64,000 nt of DNA from a virus (Duplodnaviria > Caudoviricetes): IMG/VR virus record IMGVR_UViG_3300043438_000518, positions 1 through 64,000 of that record. One strand, given 5' to 3'. The translations under genes and the position numbers were made by a program. The notes beneath the pieces were generated by a model that did not search any database, was not told the origin of the DNA, and saw nothing but the letters and a program-made list of their open reading frames with translations. How positions within the stretch are numbered: position 1 is the first letter of the stretch; the number at the start of each line of letters is the position of its first letter. Below are positions 47,701 through 57,088 of this stretch, in pieces.

Positions 47701-47725
47701 TTAAATTTTAAATAAACTATATTTG
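47697..47725 (+). promoter_or_regulatory. Bacteroidota-type promoter
   Basis: TTG-N18-TATATTTG. Confidence 0.65.
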
Positions 47726-47741
47726 TATTAAGCCATTAACT

Positions 47742-50700
47742 ATGTTTTGTCCTAACCTATCAGATCCTACTATAAAAGCTCAGTTTGAGTCTCTCCAATC
47801 TATAGTCCCAGAGTATGCTTATTATCTCTGGGATAAGTATCAGGGAGATGTTCCTGCTAAGTACTATAACCTATCTACTGCATTTATAAGAGATGGAGTG
47901 TCTGAATTGTTTGAGTCTAACCCTGAGTTAGTTAACATAGGTACACCTCAACAATACTCTCAGTACTTAGATTCTATCTTTCCTGGAAGTAAAGTAAAAG
48001 ATATTCTTTATCACAGTAGATTTACTATTGATAACATTAAAAATAAAGATAGGTGGAAAAATGGTTTCTACTCTGGTACTAGAGATCAAGCAGACTTGAT
48101 GGCTGAAATGGCAGAAGACGGCAGTAATGACCTGATGACAACTGTTGCTTTATTAATTAATATGCAAAATCCTAAAGTAACTGATTTCGTAGATAGAAAA
48201 GTTGAAAATTATAAAAACACAAATGATGGTTTTATTATAGAAGCTACTCAAGAAGATGCTTTACAATTAATTGGAGACAGGGATGGGTATAATCCAGAAA
48301 ACTTTAAAAAAGAGTATGTAGTATTTGAACCAGAACAGATACATATATTAGGAAACAAACAAGACATAGATGGGTTTAAAAAGTTTGTAGCTACTTCTAC
48401 TATGCCTATTAGTATGCCTACTACTATGTTTAGTAGGAAGGATGCTAAGTTTGTATCTGACAGATTTATTCGCTTAGAGAGACAGTATGACTTCCTTAAA
48501 GAGTCTCAAATGGATCCTGAGTACTGGAAACTTAATAGTATCGCAGATAAGAAACAATACGTAGCTAAGAAACAGTTTGATACTGTAGTAAAAGCAATAG
48601 AAGGTAGAGAGTCTGTAAGAGTAGCTGATAACAAAATTTACTTATCATCTACCAAAACAGTTAAAGGAGGTAAAGTTCTTTATGGTTATGCGGCAGGTTT
48701 AGCTTCAGACATAAATAAAATGTATCCTTTAGTAACTGATGCTTCTCCTGCTTATGCAAGAGAAGATTCTAATGGAGAAGTCTACGTAGAATTTGACTTA
48801 AGTGGTCGTTATGCTACCTTACTAGTAGAGGGAGTAGAGTTCCTAGAAGAAGAATCTATGAGAGCAGAGATAGAACTAATGGATATTCATGATGCTATTC
48901 GTAGAGAGAAGGCTGCTATCATGGAGAAATTAGAATCTGCAAACGAGGTAGTCATTGACGGAGAAGTTTATGCTTACACAGGATCAATGTTCCAAAAAGG
49001 ATTTGCATTAACTCAAGCCCTTAAAGACCCACAGATTAAAAACTATACTAAGTTACTAAATAGATTGGTTTCTAAATTTCCTGGAGTTACTTGGAAGTGG
49101 AACACTGAAATACCTGAGGTAGCAAAAGTAAACTTAGCTACAGGACAGATAGAAATTAATCCTACTCTTATACAAGAAGATACTCCTTGGCATGAGTTCG
49201 GGCACTTTGTAGTTAGAGGAATCAGAGAATCTAATCCTGAACTATTTGAACAGCTTAAGAAAGAAGTAGAAACTTTACATAATGAAACTCCTAATTCTTC
49301 TTCGTATTCTCATGTAGAAGCTTCTTATCCTGAGTACTTAGGAACAGATTCATTCTGGGAAGAAGTTATCGTAACTGAGTTAGGAAGACAAGCTGCTAGA
49401 AAAGAAAACAGAAGTTTGTTTGACAAGGTACTTGATTGGTTTAAATCTCTTATTAAAGACCTAGGAGGAAGAAGTACTGAACAGTTAGCTATGTCTAGTT
49501 TAGTAGACTCTTTAGTAGATCCTAGTGTTGCTTTTGAGACAGAGTTCAACGAAGAAGCAGTAAGTGATTATATGTTCCAAAGGATTGTTCCTGCAGAAGA
49601 AGTTGATGCACTTACTAGCTATGTAAAGATTTCGCCTAATGATCCTTTTGTATTCCAAGACTACGCAGAAAAAGTACAAGTAATCGCTAATGCTATTAGT
49701 GAGACTGAATTTAAAAAGATCTTAGACACAAACAAATACTTAGGCTTAGGTAGTGAGTCTCTCCAAAGAGCATTAGCTGCTATCAAAGAAGTTAAGAACA
49801 TTGTAACTAAAGAAGATGTAGCCGCCTCTGTATTAGAACTTGCAGATTACTTACAGTACAATGCACTTTACTTAACAGGAGTTGTTCGTCACTTAAACAA
49901 CATTCTAGAAGATCCTACTATCCCTTCTGGTAAAAAGCTAGGAGACTTGCATAGAGGTTATAAGCAAGCTTTAGCTATTGAGAAACATGTTAAGAAGATA
50001 GAAGCCTTGTTTACTACTCGTGCTTTAGATGAGATGATGCGTAGTGAAGTCCAGAAGGATGCTTTCCTTAAGAACCTTTCTTGGATGCGTACAGCAATTG
50101 CTACTATTAAGAATGGTCATAACAATAAGATTGTTGATCCTGTAATAACTGAACTTGCTGATACCTTTAAGGCACAGTCTAAAGACATTGAAGATTCTTT
50201 CAATAGAGATATAGAAAAGTTAAAGTCAAGGACACAAACTGCTACTATTACTAAGAGAATCAAAGAGTTAGAAAAAGAAAAGCAAGATAGTTTGCTTACT
50301 CCTGAGAACATTAAAAAGTTCTTAGCAGACACTAACTCTCCTTGGTACTTAGCTATTGACTCTGCAATGGGAACAAAGAACCCAGGAGTTCAGTTGATTG
50401 CTAACTACATAAGAAGTATTAATAACGAGTTTCAAGAAAACTTAAAGCCTATAGCTAGTGAGTGGCAAGATCTTATGGATGATGTTGCTGCTAGTGAAGG
50501 AGGATTTATAGGTTCTGCATTAGATACTAAAAAGTTTTTTGAACCTTTCATTAGAGAAACAGTTCTTTATGAAATCATTGATGGTCAATTAGTTAAAGAC
50601 AAAAAAGTTCTTTCGCTTAACACAGAAGTTAAAACAGTTGAGTTAGGTAACAGAATTACTGAGTTAAAGCATACAATTGATTTTGGAGCAACCGAAGAAA

Positions 50701-53700
50701 TCAGAGAACAAGCAGAAGAAGATCTTAAGAAATTCTACGAGGAATACACAGAGCGTCCATTTACAGACGACTACTACGAGATTCAAAAACTTCTTCCAGA
50801 TGATATTAAGTTTAAACGTAATCAAATCTACCAAGAACTTGCAGCAATTAGAGAAGAGTTTGGTACAGGTATCATTGAGGACGAAATCTTAGAACGCTTA
50901 AGAGACAAAGAACAAGAGCTTTACGAGTTAGAAAGACTTTATACAGAAGATGGAACTCTTAAAGAGGGAAAACCTTTAGAAGATGCTTTAGCTATTCAGG
51001 CTTGGAAAGAAGGTAAAAGATCTGCTAACGTTGTAAGTTTTGTTCTTACTTCCGACAGTAAAGCTGTGTTTGAAAGGATGCTAGTAGATAAGAAAGCACA
51101 GTTAGCTAAATCTTTAGCAGCAGCAAAGACTACTCAACAAAGAGATGATGCACATAAAGCTTACAATAACTGGGCGAGTATCTACACAAGAACTGTTTAC
51201 ACTCAAGAGTTCTACGATACAAGAAAAGATATTTTAGACGAAATTCAGCGATTACTTAGCGACAGAGGTTCTCTAAGTGATATGTACTCTGAGTTGTTTA
51301 ATCTTTTATTAGGAACAAGAGATACTAATGGGGTTTACAATCCTGTAAGTATTACAGACAAACAAGTAAAGAAAGCAAAAGAAGTAGAAGAACAGATCGA
51401 AGAGATTAAAGCTTTGCTTAAGCAAGATAGTCCTTTAAGTGATGCTGTAAAGGGAAGACTAGGAGAACTAATACAGGATTTACAAGCCCTTCAAAGCAAT
51501 GTAAACTCTGAATACTATACTAACGCTGTAGACAATCAATTAAAAGCAATCAGAACTAGAGTATTTACAGAACACACTGATTGGGATGTAGACTCTGTTG
51601 AACGTGAGACTAACATTAGATTTAAAAACTCTGACTGGTATAAGAATAACCACATTACTAAGTATAGATATGACCCTGAGATTAGAGGTGTAGTAGCAGT
51701 ACAAGAGCCTATATTTATGTGGAGAGTTACTAGACCTAACGATCCTAAATATATTGAGACTGATGCTCCTTCTTCTTTGTGGTATAAGTCTGTAGTTAGT
51801 CCTAAATACAAAAACGATAACTATAAGCCAGGAGAAGTTACTTTTAAATCAGTAACAGGTGGTCCTTACTATAACTCTGCTTACAATAATTTATCAAACA
51901 ATCAGAAAGCTTTACTTGGTAGAATGAGAGAACTCCACTACCGTAGTCAAGAAGGTCTGTATCAAAAAGATAAGTTAGGAGATTTGATTCCTGGTATGAG
52001 AAAGACTAGGGGAGAGTTTATAGACTTAGTTAAACTTAAAGCAAACACCATCAAACAATTCTTTAAAGGAATTAAGAACTGGTTTACAGGTGATCGTGAG
52101 GCTTTCTCTGAGGAAGAAGATATCTACGGAGACGCTTATCAAACAGATGCGTTTGGTGATCCCGTAGTAAGAGAGTCTAGAAGACTATTCAATCGTTATG
52201 CTCGTACTCTTCCTATAGAAGAACAGTCTTATGATATTATGACTTCTATGGCTTCTTACGCTACTTCTTCTGAAAGATTTAAAGTAATGCGTAAGTATCA
52301 GTCTACAGTCCTTACTATGGAAGAAGTGTTTAACCAAGGTAAGTCTGAGTCTCTTTCTTCTAAAGTAATTAGAGATTTAGTAGACAGAGAACTTTATGGT
52401 AAAGTACTTGAAGACAAAAATGATTCTAAGCTTTTACGTAGAACCAATAGTATTATTAGTGGTGTTTCTAGTTTAGCAGGATTTAAAACTCTTGGTTTTA
52501 GTCTTTTAACTTTACCACAAAACTGGATAAACGGTTATCTTAAGATATTCTCTCAGCTTGGATTTTATCATATCACAGCTAAGGATATGGCAAAAGCCTT
52601 TGGAGATACTCTAGGAGTTAGTAAAGAGTTTTATTCAACCTATAATCAATTTGGTAATAAGAGTTATAGAGTTTCTTTAGTGGATTACTTTACAGGTACT
52701 CAGTCTATGGCTAACCAAGCAAGTGAAATTAACAACAAAGGTTTGGTTAAGTATGGTAAAGCATGGAAAGCAATTTCTACGCTTAGGGATTTTACTGAAT
52801 TTGACATATCAGCTGTAACGACTTATGCTTTCTTAAACAAGTACAGAGTGCCCTTAAAAGGATCAACTACTACAATACCACTAAAAGATGCATTCGAGTT
52901 AGTAAATGGCGTTATACAGCCTAAAAACAACGTAGACGTAGATCCTAACTTTATTCAACAAGTAAGAATGAATATTCAGTTGGCTAACGAAAGGGCACAA
53001 GGTATTTATTCTGTTGAAGCTCAGCCTACTGCAATGAAGAATGCTTGGTTTAGGTCTCTTATGTTCTTGAAGAAGTGGGTTATACCTGATTTAAAAACTA
53101 CTTGGGGATCAGACACTGTACATTATGGTGCAGGTATTCGTACAATAGGTTCACACCAAGCAGCAATGAGATTTATCAGAGATGTTGTATTGTTGGATAA
53201 AGGAAACTTTGTTAGGACTTGGTCAACTAGTTCAGAAGTACAACAGGCAGGTCTAAAACAGTTTGCAGTTTCTTTAGGTACTTACACAGTTCTTGCTAAC
53301 TTAATTATTCAGATGTCTCTTGCAATGGATTGTGAAGAGGATTCTGAAGCAGATTGGAAAGACTATGTTTGTTTAGGATTAAAGAGAACTACAAACGAAG
53401 CTGAAGGTGTCTTCACTCTTTGGGGTATGAATGAAATGAAGTTTACTTACATTTCTGAACAAGCAAACGGTGTATCTATCTTTGAGAAGATTGGTTGGGC
53501 AGCTTTAGGTCCTTTTAGTGTATGGAAAAAATTCTGGACAGATGAAGATTTGTGGACTTCAGATCCTTACTATCGTTATAAGTCTAACTCTAATCAAGTA
53601 GATTGGGATAAAACTCATCCTATGCAAGCAGGACAGATTGGATTAGCCGTTTTAGGTATGGAATTTTTAGGACTTAGAGGATCGTTTATTGGTCCTAAGT

Positions 53701-54077
53701 CTATAGAGTTTCAGAACAGAGCATTTAATGATTATGCTCCTAAAACTTATACCAAAGAACTTAGGACTAGATACACTAAAGATCACGAGGGTCTTGAGAT
53801 TATGCCTACAAGAACTCGCTTAGCTCAAGAAAAGAAATTCTTTAAGAAACAACTTAAAGAAATTCAAGAAGAGATAAGAGGATATAAAGCAAAAGGAGAA
53901 CCTGTACCTGCAAGTCTAGAGAATAAGTTAGTTAAACTTAGAGACTCTTACAGAAGTAGAGTAGAAGATATTAAGGAAGGAAATACAGAAGAAGGAATTT
54001 CTATTGCTTATCCTTTCATGGATATAATTGGAAACAGAAGAGGACTAGATATTACCCCTGAGCCTGAGGAAGAATAA
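47742..54077 (+). CDS. Large ejection/cargo protein with an N-terminal ADP-ribosyltransferase-like module and a zincin HEXXH
   Basis: MFCPN start; LYH...GFY...NP...DG.I...EYVVFEPEQI module; PWHEFGH at 49191; hydrophobic C-terminal helices. Confidence 0.7.
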   Translation: MFCPNLSDPTIKAQFESLQSIVPEYAYYLWDKYQGDVPAKYYNLSTAFIRDGVSELFESNPELVNIGTPQQYSQYLDSIFPGSKVKDILYHSRFTIDNIKNKDRWKNGFYSGTRDQADLMAEMAEDGSNDLMTTVALLINMQNPKVTDFVDRKVENYKNTNDGFIIEATQEDALQLIGDRDGYNPENFKKEYVVFEPEQIHILGNKQDIDGFKKFVATSTMPISMPTTMFSRKDAKFVSDRFIRLERQYDFLKESQMDPEYWKLNSIADKKQYVAKKQFDTVVKAIEGRESVRVADNKIYLSSTKTVKGGKVLYGYAAGLASDINKMYPLVTDASPAYAREDSNGEVYVEFDLSGRYATLLVEGVEFLEEESMRAEIELMDIHDAIRREKAAIMEKLESANEVVIDGEVYAYTGSMFQKGFALTQALKDPQIKNYTKLLNRLVSKFPGVTWKWNTEIPEVAKVNLATGQIEINPTLIQEDTPWHEFGHFVVRGIRESNPELFEQLKKEVETLHNETPNSSSYSHVEASYPEYLGTDSFWEEVIVTELGRQAARKENRSLFDKVLDWFKSLIKDLGGRSTEQLAMSSLVDSLVDPSVAFETEFNEEAVSDYMFQRIVPAEEVDALTSYVKISPNDPFVFQDYAEKVQVIANAISETEFKKILDTNKYLGLGSESLQRALAAIKEVKNIVTKEDVAASVLELADYLQYNALYLTGVVRHLNNILEDPTIPSGKKLGDLHRGYKQALAIEKHVKKIEALFTTRALDEMMRSEVQKDAFLKNLSWMRTAIATIKNGHNNKIVDPVITELADTFKAQSKDIEDSFNRDIEKLKSRTQTATITKRIKELEKEKQDSLLTPENIKKFLADTNSPWYLAIDSAMGTKNPGVQLIANYIRSINNEFQENLKPIASEWQDLMDDVAASEGGFIGSALDTKKFFEPFIRETVLYEIIDGQLVKDKKVLSLNTEVKTVELGNRITELKHTIDFGATEEIREQAEEDLKKFYEEYTERPFTDDYYEIQKLLPDDIKFKRNQIYQELAAIREEFGTGIIEDEILERLRDKEQELYELERLYTEDGTLKEGKPLEDALAIQAWKEGKRSANVVSFVLTSDSKAVFERMLVDKKAQLAKSLAAAKTTQQRDDAHKAYNNWASIYTRTVYTQEFYDTRKDILDEIQRLLSDRGSLSDMYSELFNLLLGTRDTNGVYNPVSITDKQVKKAKEVEEQIEEIKALLKQDSPLSDAVKGRLGELIQDLQALQSNVNSEYYTNAVDNQLKAIRTRVFTEHTDWDVDSVERETNIRFKNSDWYKNNHITKYRYDPEIRGVVAVQEPIFMWRVTRPNDPKYIETDAPSSLWYKSVVSPKYKNDNYKPGEVTFKSVTGGPYYNSAYNNLSNNQKALLGRMRELHYRSQEGLYQKDKLGDLIPGMRKTRGEFIDLVKLKANTIKQFFKGIKNWFTGDREAFSEEEDIYGDAYQTDAFGDPVVRESRRLFNRYARTLPIEEQSYDIMTSMASYATSSERFKVMRKYQSTVLTMEEVFNQGKSESLSSKVIRDLVDRELYGKVLEDKNDSKLLRRTNSIISGVSSLAGFKTLGFSLLTLPQNWINGYLKIFSQLGFYHITAKDMAKAFGDTLGVSKEFYSTYNQFGNKSYRVSLVDYFTGTQSMANQASEINNKGLVKYGKAWKAISTLRDFTEFDISAVTTYAFLNKYRVPLKGSTTTIPLKDAFELVNGVIQPKNNVDVDPNFIQQVRMNIQLANERAQGIYSVEAQPTAMKNAWFRSLMFLKKWVIPDLKTTWGSDTVHYGAGIRTIGSHQAAMRFIRDVVLLDKGNFVRTWSTSSEVQQAGLKQFAVSLGTYTVLANLIIQMSLAMDCEEDSEADWKDYVCLGLKRTTNEAEGVFTLWGMNEMKFTYISEQANGVSIFEKIGWAALGPFSVWKKFWTDEDLWTSDPYYRYKSNSNQVDWDKTHPMQAGQIGLAVLGMEFLGLRGSFIGPKSIEFQNRAFNDYAPKTYTKELRTRYTKDHEGLEIMPTRTRLAQEKKFFKKQLKEIQEEIRGYKAKGEPVPASLENKLVKLRDSYRSRVEDIKEGNTEEGISIAYPFMDIIGNRRGLDITPEPEEE

Positions 54078-54078
54078 C

Positions 54079-54108
54079 TTGACTTTATTTTTAATTAAAG
54101 TATTTTTG
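54079..54108 (+). promoter_or_regulatory. Bacteroidota-type promoter for the lysis module
   Basis: TTG(AC)-N19-TATTTTTG. Confidence 0.7.
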
Positions 54109-54154
54109 TTATACGGACTAAGGTCGGACTTAACAGTCGTAAAGATAAATATTT

Positions 54155-54493
54155 ATGGAAACACATGACATTCTCAGAGAGCAATCAAAGAAACTTCGTC
54201 ACATCGAAGGTCAACTTTGTTGCATCAACGCTAGCGTAACTGCGGAAGCAGGTATGAACGGCAGTAAAGTAATCTCAGGCACATCACCAGTTACAGGTAC
54301 TTTTCAGTACTTTGTTGTTAACGCATCAGCTGTAGTTAGTGCTATCTTGGATCAGAACGCAGCTAGTCTTATGACAAGCTTAGGTCTTTCAGGAGTTACT
54401 TTGGCACCAGGAATGAAGATTAGCGTAGCTAAAGGAACAACTATCTCTTCTATAACACTTGCTTCAGGATCTATTATTGCTTACAACGCTTAA
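54155..54493 (+). CDS. Small beta-rich hypothetical (possibly virion) protein
   Basis: Ends in ITLASGSIIAY; Ser/Ala/Gly-rich. Confidence 0.55.
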   Translation: METHDILREQSKKLRHIEGQLCCINASVTAEAGMNGSKVISGTSPVTGTFQYFVVNASAVVSAILDQNAASLMTSLGLSGVTLAPGMKISVAKGTTISSITLASGSIIAYNA

Positions 54494-54496
54494 TTG

Positions 54497-54922
54497 ATGA
54501 AGACCCTTTTAGTAACTATCACCACAGTATGTGCCTTTTTGGGCACATATTTTTTAAATCTAACTGCAGATAACGCAGAACAATACTTAGCGATTGTTGC
54601 TGTTGTATTTGTAGATGGATTTTTTGGTGTATGGGCAGGTACTAAGAAGATTGGTTTTCAAACAAGAAAAGCAGTTAAAGTACTTCAGACTTTGTTTGCT
54701 TGGGTAATGATTCTTTCTGCTATCTTAATGGTAGAGAAAGGATTTGATGGTACGTTCTGGCTTTCAGAAACTTTCTGTGCTCCTTTTATTGTTTTCCAAC
54801 TTATTAGTGCTCTTAAAAATGCTAACACAGTAGGAGTAATAAACAACAGTGTACTATCTCAGATCTTAGCAAAGATAGATCAACATAAATTTAACCACGA
54901 TAATGAAAAACCTCTCGATTAA
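54497..54922 (+). CDS. Holin
   Basis: Three hydrophobic segments; DGFFGVWA and QLISALKNA match the phage holin family 4 pattern. Confidence 0.75.
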   Translation: MKTLLVTITTVCAFLGTYFLNLTADNAEQYLAIVAVVFVDGFFGVWAGTKKIGFQTRKAVKVLQTLFAWVMILSAILMVEKGFDGTFWLSETFCAPFIVFQLISALKNANTVGVINNSVLSQILAKIDQHKFNHDNEKPLD

Positions 54923-55220
54923 ACTTAATATTATCTTTTTCTTCATCATTGCTTACTTACTTTTTAAGTATGAGTATGTACAGGAACAAGATACTAACCA
55001 AGTAATATCTTTTATTGATTCTATAGATAAACAAAACGATACCTACTTTGAAAAGATTGACTCTCTAGAACATATAAAGCACGAAGAGTATTTCCGTTAC
55101 GAACAAATCACCCTAAAGTATGACACAATTCAGATTGCTATTGACACTATGCCTGATATTGACGGCACAAAATTCTTACTCACAATCAGTAGACAGCTTA
55201 CCCTTAAAGGAGTTGAATGA
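54903..55220 (+). CDS. Membrane-anchored coiled-coil protein (spanin-like)
   Basis: N-terminal TM segment followed by a coiled coil; directly after the holin. Confidence 0.5.
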   Translation: MKNLSIKLNIIFFFIIAYLLFKYEYVQEQDTNQVISFIDSIDKQNDTYFEKIDSLEHIKHEEYFRYEQITLKYDTIQIAIDTMPDIDGTKFLLTISRQLTLKGVE

Positions 55221-55479
55221 TGAGTTCCTAAAAGGAATTCAAGCACGTGAGAGAGTAGTAAGTCTTAAGAAGATTATCAAGACAGATAGCGTTCAGTTAT
55301 CCTTGTATAAAGATTCTATTATCCCTAACTATAAAAAGGCTTTAGATACCGCTAAAGTAGAGATAGTTCGCTTAGATACTAAAGTTAGGTCTCAAGCAGA
55401 AACAATTAAAACTTTAAAGAACGTTTTGAAAGGCGGGTTATTTGCTATAGCTTTGTTAACCATAGGGTTAATACTTTAA
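55120..55479 (+). CDS. Secreted coiled-coil protein with a C-terminal TM (spanin-like)
   Basis: Signal peptide, coiled coil and C-terminal GGLFAIALLTIGLIL; overlaps the previous gene by 101 nt. Confidence 0.5.
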   Translation: MTQFRLLLTLCLILTAQNSYSQSVDSLPLKELNDEFLKGIQARERVVSLKKIIKTDSVQLSLYKDSIIPNYKKALDTAKVEIVRLDTKVRSQAETIKTLKNVLKGGLFAIALLTIGLIL

Positions 55480-55490
55480 CCTACCAGCCT

Positions 55491-56810
55491 ATGATGCCAA
55501 TCTCAAAACAGATTATCCAACACTACATGGATAATCCAAATACGGATGAGTCAGCTTTAGAAGTTGCTATTCGTTTCAACTACCAACCAGAAGTATATAA
55601 TGAACTAAGAGCTAAGCGAGTTCGTGACTTAAAAAGAACTGCTATGTATAAGTTGGGTGCAGATAAACCTTTAACGCCTAACGATCAACCTACACAAATT
55701 ACAGGAACTTATGATGAGAATCTAGATAAAGGTACCCTTGAGGTATCTAAACTAGTTTCTACTCAGCCTAGATCTTCTGAAGAAATCATCGAAATCCACA
55801 AAATAGATAGATCTAAGTGGAGATTAGTACAATATTGGAGTAAAGAAAAACAATCAGGTTGGCTAGTGTCAGCCTTATTTGCTTCTATAAAGCCTGAGGA
55901 TACTTTTCCTCAAGACATAGAGAACGTTCTCAGAGAGGTTTTTCTAGAATCTAATATAACTCCGTACCCAACACCTAGAAAGTCTCCTATAGCGTCTAAG
56001 AGAGGCTTATTCGTCTACATGAGTGACAAACACGTAGGTGCTCTTACTCATCCTAACTCTATTTTCAACAATCAGTACAACGAAGATGTCTTCGAAGTAC
56101 GTATGATGAGAGTATTAGAAGAGATAGAGAAGCAAGTAAAGACCTATGGAAGGTTAGAAGATCTTTTTATTTGTGATTTAGGAGATTCATTAGATGGTTG
56201 GAATGGTCATACTACTAGAGGAGGACATGCACTTCCCCAGAACATGAACAATAAGGAGTCTTTTATGACTTATCTTTATGCTCATAAGCGATTCTTTGAT
56301 CTTTTAGTAGAAAAAAACCTAGCTAATAACATTCATGCTATTATGCAGACAGAAGATAACCACTCAGGTTCTTTTGGCTACATAACTAACCAAGCACTAA
56401 CTCTTTATTTAAATACGGCTTATCCTTTTATCAAAGTAACGATAATGGAGAAGTTCTTAGAACATTTTGACTATGGAAAACATACATTTATTTTTACTCA
56501 TGGAAAAGACTCTGAGGATCTTAAGCATGGTCTTCCCCTTTTCTTAACTGAGAAAGCAGAAAATTTCCTTAACAAGTATATAGATCACCACAATTTAGGA
56601 GAGAATAAAAACATCTCAATAGTAAAAGGTGACCTACATACAGAGAGCATGCAGCAAGTTTACAAGTTTAGATATAGGAATGTATTGTCTATGTACGGCT
56701 CTTCTAAGTGGATAATGAATAACTTTGGTCCTGGTTATCCAGGAGTTTCGTTTGATTTAGTAGAAAAAGATACGGATTTAATATATTCGTTTTATATTCG
56801 CTTTAAATAA
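55491..56810 (+). CDS. Calcineurin-like metallophosphoesterase
   Basis: SDKHVG, DLGDSLDG, DNH, THG and GDLH motifs. Confidence 0.85.
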   Translation: MMPISKQIIQHYMDNPNTDESALEVAIRFNYQPEVYNELRAKRVRDLKRTAMYKLGADKPLTPNDQPTQITGTYDENLDKGTLEVSKLVSTQPRSSEEIIEIHKIDRSKWRLVQYWSKEKQSGWLVSALFASIKPEDTFPQDIENVLREVFLESNITPYPTPRKSPIASKRGLFVYMSDKHVGALTHPNSIFNNQYNEDVFEVRMMRVLEEIEKQVKTYGRLEDLFICDLGDSLDGWNGHTTRGGHALPQNMNNKESFMTYLYAHKRFFDLLVEKNLANNIHAIMQTEDNHSGSFGYITNQALTLYLNTAYPFIKVTIMEKFLEHFDYGKHTFIFTHGKDSEDLKHGLPLFLTEKAENFLNKYIDHHNLGENKNISIVKGDLHTESMQQVYKFRYRNVLSMYGSSKWIMNNFGPGYPGVSFDLVEKDTDLIYSFYIRFK

Positions 56811-56817
56811 AATTAAG

Positions 56818-57048
56818 ATGATTAAGATAGCAGATATAGATAAACTTATAAACCAGTTCTATTTAGACTCAGAGAAGGATGGGTTAGCAGTAAGACCTAA
56901 TGTGGTACTGCTTACAGAGGATCAGTTTGAGGATCTATTAAAAGAAATGGGAGTAGAGGAAGAAGACGATGTTGTGATAGAAAGTATACTAGGATTAGAT
57001 GTCGTCATAGCAAACGGGATAGAACATCCAAGAGTAATAAGATTATAA
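56818..57048 (+). CDS. Small acidic hypothetical protein
   Basis: Last + strand ORF before the terminator. Confidence 0.55.
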   Translation: MIKIADIDKLINQFYLDSEKDGLAVRPNVVLLTEDQFEDLLKEMGVEEEDDVVIESILGLDVVIANGIEHPRVIRL

Positions 57049-57082
57049 AAAAAGGGGCCCTATTAAGAGCCCCTTTTCTTTT
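57047..57082. terminator. Bidirectional intrinsic terminator at the strand switch
   Basis: AAAAAAAGGGGC-CCTATTAAGA-GCCCCTTTTCTTTT between convergent operons. Confidence 0.85.
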
Positions 57083-57088
57083 GGTTGG

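Noticed and set aside
34452-51811. Short antisense or alternate-frame ORFs inside the two giant genes
   Set aside because: They are 60-100 aa, lack leaders or motifs, and are expected by chance.
56818-57048. Resemblance of the 76-aa ORF to an HK97 capsid A-domain fragment
   Set aside because: Only a loose pattern (PNVVLL...ILGLDVV), too weak to support without a profile search.
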